Source: an uncultured bacterium
GTDB taxonomy: Bacteria > Hydrogenedentota > Hydrogenedentia > Hydrogenedentales > JAEUWI01
Assembly (NCBI GenBank): GCA_963977445.1
Contig: CAXBPH010000058.1
Coordinates: 1 to 30,393, forward strand
Length of the DNA stretch: 30,393 nucleotides
Reading direction: 5' to 3'
Within the stretch, counting starts at the first letter, position 1, and each line of letters begins with the position of its first letter. Shown here piece after piece: positions 18,085 to 26,218 of the stretch. The position numbers and the translations under genes are program-made. The notes under the pieces were generated by a model. It saw only the letters and a list, made by a program, of their open reading frames with translations. It was not told the DNA's origin and ran no database searches.

Positions 18085-20427
18085 CTACTGTTCCTCCTCT
18101 TTCACCAGACGAATCTCCAGGGGACGGGTCGTGTCCAGGTGGAGGTCGCGCTGGGGGAAGGCAATACAAATGCCATTCGCCGCGAAGAGTCGGTCGATCT
18201 CAAAGCGTATTTCACTCTCCGCCCTGCGTTTGTCCATGATGCGCCGCATTTTTATCCAGAAGTGCACATCAAAGCCAAGGGCGTTATCGCCAAAATCGGT
18301 AAAAAACACTTGGGGCTTTGGGGCGTCGAGGACATACTGTGAATTGGCTGCCGCTTCCAGGATAAGTTCGGCGACCCTTTCTGTAGGTGAACCGTACGAC
18401 ACCCCCACGCTGACTTTGGTGCAGTATTTTTCACCCGAAAGGGTCCAGTTTACGACGGTGTTTTCCAGGAGGCTGCTGTTGGGAATAAGCAGGTGGATGT
18501 TCTGCGACGTAAGGAGCCGTGTGCTGCGGGCACCGACGTGCTGGATGATTCCGTGGACACCATCCACCTCAACCAGATCGCCGATTCGGATGGGCCGCTC
18601 CAGCATCAGGATGAAGCCACTGATGAAGTTGTTGATGATGTGCTGGGCACCAAAACCCACGGCGATAGCGATGGCACCACCAAAGAAGGCGAACAAGGTC
18701 AAGGGAATATTGACGAGGTTCAAGGTGTAGAGCAGGATGAGGATAATCGCGAGGTAGTAGAAAAGCTTCTCAACGGCCGCAGCCGCATTCTCATTGATAC
18801 GGGTCCGGGCGAGGAGCACCATGCGGAGGCCCCGACAGACCTTGCCCGTGAATAGAAACCCGATGGTCAAGACGAGAAACGCTATGACCATCTTACGGAC
18901 GGTAACGGCCCCGTCTTCGTAGGCAAACACCTCGTAGTTCCATACAGTTGAGGCAACACGTCGGTAACGGGCCCATCGCTCTCCCAGGGAAACCTTATCG
19001 AGCTCCCGGCCGATTTCCAGGAGCAAGCGATCGGTGAATTGCTCCAGGGGAAGCAAGGTCGAGAGATAGCCATTCAGGATCGCTTCGCGCTCCCGCAGCG
19101 TCTTAATTTTCTCCTCGACAATGCGTTTTCCTTCTGCTGCACCCGCCCACTCGGCAAGAATTTTCTCCCGCTCCAGTGTTGTGGCACGCACGTCTAAAAG
19201 GCGGCTCTCCTGCACTTCCCGATCCCGTTTCAGTTCTTCGAGAACCTGGGTCGCATCTGCCTTCCACACCCCCAGATCACCATCATCGGCGCCCTGCCAG
19301 ACCGCGAAACGTCGTTCCCAGAGTTGTTTCTCTGTATCGAGAAGCAGCAGTTTCTTTTCGGCGAGTTCCACATTCCGGGTCGCCGTCTCCACCTGCAACG
19401 TGTGCATGGCGAGCTCAGCGGTGCGGCTGGCCTTCTCCTCGTCCGTTATGGCCTGTTGCAGCCCATCTCGGGCCTTATTTCGTAGCCCATCGAGATTCTG
19501 ATGGGTCTCACGGAGTTTGGGAAGGCTGTCCTCGATGGCCTGCCGACGTGTCGCCACCTCATCCAGGCGCTCTTTCAGCTCGGCTTCGGTGAACTGGGTA
19601 TGAACAAGTACCGCGCCGGCCTTGGTTTCCAGATGGGTGAGCCGTTTTTCGTTCAAGGCCAGTTCAGTCGTGGCCATCGTATGGCGAAGACGTCGTGCGT
19701 CGGCCGCTGCCTGGTGAAAACGCTCTTCCAACTTACTTCGATTTAACATCCACGTGAGTCGCTGCGTGGCGGCGGGGTCACTATTCTGTGTGGCCGCTTC
19801 TTTGGCCGCCCGTCGGGCCCGCTGGGCTTCTGCCAGTCGTTCTTTGGCGCTTTCCCGCTCCCCTTCGATGGATGCGATTTCCGTCTTGATACCTTCCAGA
19901 TGACGTTGTTCCGACGTGACGGCATCCTGGAGACTCGCAGCGAAGCTCAGGTTATAGGGTGGTGGTTCACTAAGCCCTCTTGCTTCATATTCCACGATTT
20001 CCCGGTTAAGGTCTTCTTCACTCGCGACGAGCTCAGCACTGCGTTGCATCGTGCCAATCTGCTGCTGGAGCAGGCCATCCAGGGCCCGAAGGCGGTCCAC
20101 CCGACTATTGAGTGCTTCCAGGGTGATGCCCAGTTGCTGGGCCGTGTCTTCCGTTGCAGCACCCTGCGCCGCTTCCAGACGGGGGGCGATTTCCAGCCGC
20201 TCCGCCTCCACGGCTTCGACCGTGGGCAATGCGGAATCCCCTTCGACGGCCACCGCAGTTTCTTCTGTTCCCTCAGTCAGCTGATTTAAGACCGGATTTT
20301 GACTGTGGGCAATCAGGGCACCCGCCAACAGGACACTCCAGACGCCCACTCGATAAAAGAAAGAGCGACAACTCGGTAATTCTGACGTGCTCTGGGTGAC
20401 ACGGAGGCGACCTGATAACACCTGCAA
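18085..20427 (-). CDS. Large MscS-family mechanosensitive channel (MscK/KefA-like, long periplasmic coiled coil)
   Basis: C-terminal MscS signature GAIAIAVGFGAQHIINNFISGFILMLERPIRIGDLVEV...IPNS...VVNWT...FGDNAL...IAFPQRDLH. Exact start uncertain. Confidence 0.92.
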   Translation of the reverse strand: MQVLSGRLRVTQSTSELPSCRSFFYRVGVWSVLLAGALIAHSQNPVLNQLTEGTEETAVAVEGDSALPTVEAVEAERLEIAPRLEAAQGAATEDTAQQLGITLEALNSRVDRLRALDGLLQQQIGTMQRSAELVASEEDLNREIVEYEARGLSEPPPYNLSFAASLQDAVTSEQRHLEGIKTEIASIEGERESAKERLAEAQRARRAAKEAATQNSDPAATQRLTWMLNRSKLEERFHQAAADARRLRHTMATTELALNEKRLTHLETKAGAVLVHTQFTEAELKERLDEVATRRQAIEDSLPKLRETHQNLDGLRNKARDGLQQAITDEEKASRTAELAMHTLQVETATRNVELAEKKLLLLDTEKQLWERRFAVWQGADDGDLGVWKADATQVLEELKRDREVQESRLLDVRATTLEREKILAEWAGAAEGKRIVEEKIKTLREREAILNGYLSTLLPLEQFTDRLLLEIGRELDKVSLGERWARYRRVASTVWNYEVFAYEDGAVTVRKMVIAFLVLTIGFLFTGKVCRGLRMVLLARTRINENAAAAVEKLFYYLAIILILLYTLNLVNIPLTLFAFFGGAIAIAVGFGAQHIINNFISGFILMLERPIRIGDLVEVDGVHGIIQHVGARSTRLLTSQNIHLLIPNSSLLENTVVNWTLSGEKYCTKVSVGVSYGSPTERVAELILEAAANSQYVLDAPKPQVFFTDFGDNALGFDVHFWIKMRRIMDKRRAESEIRFEIDRLFAANGICIAFPQRDLHLDTTRPLEIRLVKEEEQ

Positions 20428-20512
20428 ACTCCAATCTGCCCATCTTAATACACAAACTGCCTGATCTACTGTATACCGTTTTTATGAAAAATCCAAACAT
20501 ATCGATCGTATT

Positions 20513-20561
20513 AAAAAAAACGAGCGTGAGACGACGGGTAAAACTCCGTCCTCTCACGCTC
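20513..20561 (-). terminator. Intrinsic terminator downstream of metB
   Basis: GAGCGTGAGA/TCTCACGCTC stem with an inner GACGG/CCGTC stem, followed by T8 on the minus strand. Confidence 0.8.
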
Positions 20562-20586
20562 ATTATTACGTGGAATACGTTACCGC

Positions 20587-21723
20587 TCAGCTGAGGGCCT
20601 GTTCGAAATCAGCGATGATGTCTTCGCTATCTTCGAGTCCCACAGAAACCCGGATAAGGTTCTCCGCAATACCCATTTCACGGCGGGCCGCTTCGGGCAT
20701 GGGGCCGTGGGTCATGGTCCAGGGATATTCGATAAGGGATTCGACCCCCCCGAGCGATACAGCCTGGGAAAAGAGTTCTAATTTGCCGAGGAGGTCGTAG
20801 GCCTCCGCCACACCACCCTTCACATAGAACGAGAAGGTGCCGCCGGCACCTCGGGCTTGCTTCTTGTTCAGCGCATACTGGGGATGGCTTGGAAGACCGG
20901 GATAGAGTACCTTTTCAATCTTCGGGTGGACCTCCAGATATTCCGCCAGGGCCTGGGCATTCTTCAGGTGGGCATCCATCCGCAAGGCCAGGGTCTTGAT
21001 ACCCCGGAGCACGAGGAAACAATCCCAGGGTCCCTGCACCGCACCGATGGCATTTTGGAGGAAATAGATCTGATTACCCAATTCCTCATCCTTCACCACC
21101 ACCCCACCGCCGACCACATCGGAGTGACCGTTGATATATTTGGTCGTGGAATGGACGACGATATCGATCCCCATATCGAGGGGGTTCTGCAGGTAAGGCG
21201 ACAAAAAGGTATTGTCTACCACCGTGGTAATTTTGTTGGCGATGCCGATTTTGGCAAGGGCTTCGATGTCCACCACCTTCATCAGGGGGTTGGTGGGCGA
21301 TTCTATCCACATCATTTTAGTGTTGGGTTTGACCGCATGGCGTACGGCGTTGAGGTCGCCCAAATCGATGAGTTCAACCTCCACTCCCTTGTTCTTCAGC
21401 ACGTTCATGAGAACCCGGTAGGTGCCGCCATAGCATTCGTTGCTGGCGATGAGGTGATCGCCCGCATTACAAAGCATCATAATCGTGGTTTCTGCCGCCA
21501 TGCCCGTGGCAAAAGCGAAGCCCCGGGTTCCGTTCTCCAGGGAGGCCAGACATACTTCCAGGGCTTTCCGGGTCGGGTTGCCAGAGCGGGAGTAGTCAAA
21601 CTCGCCGGAATCATCGGGACTATTGAAGGCAAAGGTAGATGTTTGAAAGACCGGGGTCATGACCGCGCCGTGTTGGGGATCGGGACCTTGACCGGCATGG
21701 ATGGAACGGGTACGAAAACGCAC
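20587..21723 (-). CDS. metB: PLP-dependent cystathionine gamma-synthase/lyase (Cys/Met metabolism family)
   Basis: YSRSGNPT, FATGMAA, ESPTNP, VDNTF, HSTTKYINGHSD (PLP lysine), SLGGVESL, RVSVGLE. GTG start after AAGGAG. Synthase versus lyase is not resolvable from sequence. Confidence 0.88.
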   Translation of the reverse strand: MRFRTRSIHAGQGPDPQHGAVMTPVFQTSTFAFNSPDDSGEFDYSRSGNPTRKALEVCLASLENGTRGFAFATGMAAETTIMMLCNAGDHLIASNECYGGTYRVLMNVLKNKGVEVELIDLGDLNAVRHAVKPNTKMMWIESPTNPLMKVVDIEALAKIGIANKITTVVDNTFLSPYLQNPLDMGIDIVVHSTTKYINGHSDVVGGGVVVKDEELGNQIYFLQNAIGAVQGPWDCFLVLRGIKTLALRMDAHLKNAQALAEYLEVHPKIEKVLYPGLPSHPQYALNKKQARGAGGTFSFYVKGGVAEAYDLLGKLELFSQAVSLGGVESLIEYPWTMTHGPMPEAARREMGIAENLIRVSVGLEDSEDIIADFEQALS

Positions 21724-22012
21724 GTAAAATTCTCCTTTGGGATATTTGGGGACTGAATGTTGCCTATTGTAATGGAGGCCGGGGCTTGGGTGCCAGAAAT
21801 GGAGTGGGTATCTCTTTCAGTCGATGGGTCGTCTGTCATACCAGAAAAGACGGCGCTGAATCATGGGTGCTCCCATTCATTCGTGATTGCGCAGCTCCTC
21901 TGCCCTTATCCCTGCCATGCACACCCTGGAGACCAGATCACTCTCTGGCTTGCAATTTTCGCTCCAAAATCCCTACAGTAGGCCCACCCTTTTCACCTAC
22001 AGAATGGACCCC

Positions 22013-22417
22013 ATGCCTACAAGTTTACTCCTGAAAATTGGTGCCGTTGGCCTCTTTGGGGCGTTGGGGGCCCTCGCCCGCTTTGGGGTCTACGGCCTCG
22101 TGCGCCATTTCGGTTGGACCGGCTTTCCTTGGGCTACCTTCACCGTAAATATGCTGGGCTGCCTTCTTTTCGGCCTCTTTGTTTCGCTGGCAGAGCATCG
22201 CTTCGAGTTCAGCGAGCTCACCAAGGTGGCCGTCCTCGTGGGCTTTATGGGCTCCTTCACGACCTTCTCTACCTTTGCCCTGGATGGGTCCACCCTGCTG
22301 CGCGAAGGACAATGGCTAACCGCTACCCTCTATCTGGGCGGTCAGAACGTACTTGGTATTGGTGCTATCTTTCTCGGCCTCTTTCTGGGCCGCTATATTG
22401 GAATGAATCATGGATAA
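22013..22417 (+). CDS. crcB: Fluoride efflux channel Fluc/CrcB
   Basis: GALGALARF, FPWATFTVNMLGC, GFMGSFTTFSTF. Start is ATG 22004 or 22013. Confidence 0.93.
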   Translation: MPTSLLLKIGAVGLFGALGALARFGVYGLVRHFGWTGFPWATFTVNMLGCLLFGLFVSLAEHRFEFSELTKVAVLVGFMGSFTTFSTFALDGSTLLREGQWLTATLYLGGQNVLGIGAIFLGLFLGRYIGMNHG

Positions 22418-24110
22418 AAAAGACGTTGCGGCGGTTTTGGAAGAAATCGCCATGCTCATGGAATTGAAGGGCGAAAACACCTTCCGCATTCGCTCCTTCG
22501 TCAATGGAGCACGTACCATTGAAACCCTGGACGAAGATTTGGCCTTGGTGGTCGAAGAAGGTCGACTCCGCGACATTAAGGGGATTGGCGAAGCTCTGGC
22601 CGCCATTATCACCGAACTTTTCGAAAAAGGCGAGAGCAGCGACCTCATTTCGCTGAAAAGCGAGTTCCCCGAGTCCATCTACGAACTCTTTGCTATCCCC
22701 GGACTCGGGCCCAAGCGTATCAAGCAGGTTTATAACGAGCTGGGCATCGATTCCATGGAAAAGCTGGAGGCCGCCTGCAAAAACGACGAGCTCAAGCCTC
22801 TCAAAGGTATCAGCGGCAAGATGCAGGACAAGATCCTCGAAGGCATTGCCTTTGCACGGGCCCACACGGGCTCTTTCCACTATGACAAAGTCGAAAAACA
22901 GGCCAATGTTCTCGTGGAATACTTGAACGCCTCTGGCCTGGTGGGTGAGTTGGCCGTCACGGGAAGCCTTCGCCGACGCAAAGAGGTGGTGAAGGATATC
23001 GATATGGTCGCCACGACCTCGGACGTGAATGCCCTCATGCAGCATTTCGTCGACGCCCCCGATGTGTCCCAGATAATCGGTCATGGCGAGACGAAATCAT
23101 CAATCCGCTTTGAATCAGGCATCAGCGCCGATTTACGGGTCGTGGAGGAGAAACAGTTCCCTTATACCCTCCTCCACTTCACGGGAAGTAAAGAGCACAA
23201 TGTCGTCCTCCGTCAACGGGCCAAAGAGCGGGATCTCAAGCTCAATGAATATGGACTTTTTAAAGCGGACGACACGCTGATTGAATGCGACTCCGAGTCC
23301 GCGATCTATGGGGCGCTGGACCTCCCCTTTCTCCCCCCCGAGTTGCGGGAGGACCGGGGAGAATTTGATGTAACGGAAACGCCTGAACTCCTCGAAGAGA
23401 AAGACCTCAAAGGCATTATCCACTGCCATTCGACCTACAGTGATGGGCGCAACACTTTGGAAGAGATGGCCGTGGCCACCCAGGAACGGGGTTACGACTA
23501 TCTCCTCATCACGGACCACAGCCAGTCGGCGGGCTATGCCAATGGCCTCAAACCCGACCGTATAGCGAAACAACAAGAAGAAATCGGCACGCTTAACAAA
23601 AAGCTGAAGGGATTTCGACTGCTCTCGGGAATCGAGTCGGATATCCGCACCGATGGCTCCCTCGATTATGATGAGGACGTTCTGGCAAGTTTCGACCTGA
23701 TTGTGGCGTCGGTACACAACAAGCTCGAGATGGAAGAGAAGGAAGCCACGAAACGCATCGTCACGGCCATCGAGAATCCCTATACGTCCATCCTCGGCCA
23801 TGCCACAGGACGATTGCTGCTTTCACGCAAGGGCTTCCCCCTGGACTGGGAGAAGGTCTTCGATGCTTGTGTGGCCAACAAGGTCGCGGTAGAGATTAAC
23901 GCAAACTGTAAGCGCCTCGATATCGATTGGCGCCACATCCGCCAGGGCCGGGACAAGGGCGTGTTGTTTTCCATTGGACCCGACGCCCACCGGATTTCGG
24001 GCTTGGACCACGTTCAATATGGCGTGGGCATTGCGCGCAAGGGCTGGTTGGCGAAGGAACACGTGATTAACTGCTGGACGGCGGAGGAATTGTTGGCGTG
24101 GCGGAAATGA
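22410..24110 (+). CDS. polX: DNA polymerase X with C-terminal PHP domain
   Basis: HhH motifs (IKGIGE, IPGLGPK), GSLRR...KDIDMV, ADLRVV, HFTGSKEHN; PHP motifs HCHSTYSDG, TDHS, GPDAH. Confidence 0.96.
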   Translation: MDKKDVAAVLEEIAMLMELKGENTFRIRSFVNGARTIETLDEDLALVVEEGRLRDIKGIGEALAAIITELFEKGESSDLISLKSEFPESIYELFAIPGLGPKRIKQVYNELGIDSMEKLEAACKNDELKPLKGISGKMQDKILEGIAFARAHTGSFHYDKVEKQANVLVEYLNASGLVGELAVTGSLRRRKEVVKDIDMVATTSDVNALMQHFVDAPDVSQIIGHGETKSSIRFESGISADLRVVEEKQFPYTLLHFTGSKEHNVVLRQRAKERDLKLNEYGLFKADDTLIECDSESAIYGALDLPFLPPELREDRGEFDVTETPELLEEKDLKGIIHCHSTYSDGRNTLEEMAVATQERGYDYLLITDHSQSAGYANGLKPDRIAKQQEEIGTLNKKLKGFRLLSGIESDIRTDGSLDYDEDVLASFDLIVASVHNKLEMEEKEATKRIVTAIENPYTSILGHATGRLLLSRKGFPLDWEKVFDACVANKVAVEINANCKRLDIDWRHIRQGRDKGVLFSIGPDAHRISGLDHVQYGVGIARKGWLAKEHVINCWTAEELLAWRK

Positions 24111-24141
24111 ACCCTTCTATGATGTGGGCCTCTTTCACCGA

Positions 24142-24352
24142 TCACTCGCTCGCCACCATAGGCTCCACACAAAGGCCTCGGCATGCGGGGTGCCTCCACA
24201 CAGTAAATAAAATCTCGACCGTTGGGAGCGCAGGCGGCTCGCCTGCATCCGTGCAACAACGTTGCACGATAAAACCAACGTCCATGCGCCTACGGCGCAA
24301 TGCAGCCGGGCCGGCTGCGCTCCCAATTGTCGCCGTTCACTCGCTCGCCACC
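24142..24352. repeat. 16-bp direct repeat (TCACTCGCTCGCCACC) bracketing a REPIN-like element
   Basis: Identical copies at 24142-24157 and 24337-24352. Confidence 0.85.
24222..24326. repeat. REP doublet (REPIN-like) of two inverted 27-nt palindromic units
   Basis: 24222-24248 and 24300-24326 are reverse complements with 3 mismatches; each contains its own 7-bp stem with a 3-nt loop. Confidence 0.8.
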
Positions 24353-24411
24353 GAGGAATCCGTGCAGGGGCGTCAACTGGCGGGCTATCCAATCGCGACG
24401 AAAGTAACTGA

Positions 24412-24570
24412 ATGACCCCCCCATCAAAAATTAAGACCACCATCACCGCCAATCGCGAACGGGCCCACGAAGTCTACGCGCGTCTCGAAGCCCTCTACAC
24501 CGATGTTCATTGCACCCTGAACTACAAAAGCCCTTTCCAGCTCGTCATCATGACCGCGCAGCCCGTTTGA
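24412..24570 (+). pseudogene. Truncated duplicate of the nth 5' end (52 codons)
   Basis: MTPPSKIKTTITANRERAHEVYARLEALYTDVHCTLNYKSPFQLVIMTAQPV*. 24440-24557 matches 25560-25677 at 115/118 nt. Confidence 0.92.
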
Positions 24571-24633
24571 TGTAGCCTGGCCGGTGGCGCGCCATAGGTT
24601 CACGATACTCGGGACGGTCCGCATGCTCGGCAA

Positions 24634-24924
24634 TTACGCAACCGGGGTGAGGCTTTCACGAATGATTCGGGGGTGGCGGGCGGCGATACGCAGTAGTGCC
24701 AGCGCGGGACCTTCGGGACGTCGGCGGTCCTGCTCCCAATTGCGCAGGGTGTGGACGCTGATACCCATGGCCTCGGCAAACTTCACCTGGGTTAGTTTTA
24801 CAAAGTGACGGAGCGCAACAATGTCGCTACCAGATGATACTTTCCCTTCTATGAGCCTGTTACGTACACGCGCGGGAATTGCCGCCGCGAAATCTGTCTC
24901 GGTCAGTTCTGGAATATCACTCAT
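24634..24924 (-). CDS. Putative antitoxin with a C-terminal Xre/Cro HTH (HigA/MqsA-like)
   Basis: LTQVKFAEAMGISVHTLRNWEQDRRRPEGPALALL. ATG 24924 overlaps the toxin stop (ATGAGTGA). Confidence 0.85.
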   Translation of the reverse strand: MSDIPELTETDFAAAIPARVRNRLIEGKVSSGSDIVALRHFVKLTQVKFAEAMGISVHTLRNWEQDRRRPEGPALALLRIAARHPRIIRESLTPVA

Positions 24925-25210
24925 GGCGGTGCTCCATGTACTTTCGGTACAAGCTTTGTTCCCGCTTGGTAGCCCAGCGGGCACTGATAATTCGAATTAC
25001 ATCGTCTTCTCTCTCGGTCGTCATCACGACGGCCGTTCCTCTCCGAATGATACCGATCGCTATGAATCGGTCCTCGAAGATGGAATGGGTATCATCGTAC
25101 AATTCAAGATAGTCCTGTCCCGAAGTGAATAATTCTCGTGCTTCTTCGAAGGACAGGCCATGCTTGGCTTGATTTACCGAATTCTTTTGCTCTTCCCATT
25201 CAAATATCAC
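24917..25210 (-). CDS. brnT: BrnT family (DUF497) type II toxin, RelE-like ribonuclease
   Basis: FEWEEQKN..N..KHGLSFEEA..LF, EDRFIAIG, IRIISARWATKRE...Y. GTG start. Confidence 0.9.
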   Translation of the reverse strand: MIFEWEEQKNSVNQAKHGLSFEEARELFTSGQDYLELYDDTHSIFEDRFIAIGIIRRGTAVVMTTEREDDVIRIISARWATKREQSLYRKYMEHRHE

Positions 25211-25242
25211 ATCTTAAATTTACACCGGATGCGCTACTAAGT

Positions 25243-25311
25243 CAATGGCGGAGTAAGGGACAAGTAGTCAATAGACGGAATATCGCCGGATTGTTGGCGT
25301 GGCGGAGATGA
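25243..25311 (+). pseudogene. Degenerate remnant of the polX 3' end
   Basis: Translates to QWRSKGQVVNRRNIAGLLAWRR* versus PolX GWLAKEHVINCWTAEELLAWRK*. 25290-25311 matches 24089-24110 at 21/22 nt. Confidence 0.75.
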
Positions 25312-25531
25312 GTGTCGACGACAAAATCACCCATTGATGGCCTTGCAGGGAAGGTCACGGCGCGATTGGGCAGAATTCCGTATGTTCGGAGTACCCCTGG
25401 CCCCACTATGGTGTGGCGTAAAATGACATCGAGGCCCTCGGCCTCGTACAATGTCCATTCCTAAACTGCATTCTACGTTGGCGATACGACAAGACCACGT
25501 TCCGTAGAGCAATTCCAGCAGGAGTTTCAGC

Positions 25532-26218
25532 GTGACAGCTGCCCCAAAGATTCGAACTTCCATCACCGCCAATCGCGAACGGGCCCCCGAAGTCTACGCG
25601 CGCCTCGAAGCCCTCTACCCCGATGTTCATTGCACCCTGAACTACAAAAGCCCTTTCCAGCTCGTCATCATGACCGCCCTGGCCGCCCAGTGCACGGACG
25701 CCCGGGTCAATATCGTTTCGGTCGAACTTTTTGAGCGCTTCCCCCACCCCAAAGACTTTCTTGAGGTGGAGCAGAAGGAAATCGAGAAAATAATTCACTC
25801 TTGTGGCTTCTATCGGCAAAAAGCGAAGAATATACTGTCCACCTGCCGAAGCCTCATGGAGAAATTCGGCGGTGAAGTGCCCCGGACCATGGAAGAACTG
25901 ATCCAACTCGCCGGCGTGGGACGAAAAACAGCCAATGTGGTGATGGGCGAGTGCTTTGGCCATCAAGGCGTTATTGTCGACACCCACTGCACCCGCCTGA
26001 CCAACCGCCTGGGTTTCACGAAGAATCAGGATGCCGTAAAAATCGAACAGGACCTGATGAAGGTCTGGCCACCCGATCGCTGGACACTCTTTTCCCACTT
26101 CATGGTATTTCACGGGCGGGCCGTCTGCACGGCACGGGCCCCGAAATGCTCCCAATGCACGCTCCGGGACGTATGTCCTTTCCCCGATACACGAGAAGGT
26201 CAGAAACTTGCCCGATAG
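25532..26218 (+). CDS. nth: Endonuclease III
   Basis: LAAQCTDARVN, HhH LAGVGRKTANVV, VDTH, FeS motif C-x6-C-x2-C-x5-C. GTG start after CAGGAG. Confidence 0.96.
   Translation: MTAAPKIRTSITANRERAPEVYARLEALYPDVHCTLNYKSPFQLVIMTALAAQCTDARVNIVSVELFERFPHPKDFLEVEQKEIEKIIHSCGFYRQKAKNILSTCRSLMEKFGGEVPRTMEELIQLAGVGRKTANVVMGECFGHQGVIVDTHCTRLTNRLGFTKNQDAVKIEQDLMKVWPPDRWTLFSHFMVFHGRAVCTARAPKCSQCTLRDVCPFPDTREGQKLAR

Noticed and set aside
21724..22012. Fluoride riboswitch upstream of crcB, or SAM riboswitch upstream of metB, in their shared divergent intergenic region
   Set aside because: I could not find the fluoride aptamer core (GGCGATGGxGTTCGCC...GCTxATGAC) on the plus strand or SAM-I conserved elements on the minus strand. 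An Infernal scan would be decisive.
24142..24352. Direct repeats as a CRISPR mini-array
   Set aside because: Only two 16-bp copies, a 179-nt spacer, and no cas genes.
24098..24452. 105-aa ORFs on both strands downstream of polX
   Set aside because: They run through palindromic repeats, have no recognisable protein features, and are best explained as chance open frames.
24440..25677. nth repeat pair as a diversity-generating retroelement TR/VR
   Set aside because: Only three mismatches (two A/C, one T/C), no reverse transcriptase in the window, and the repeat is at the 5' end of a housekeeping gene.
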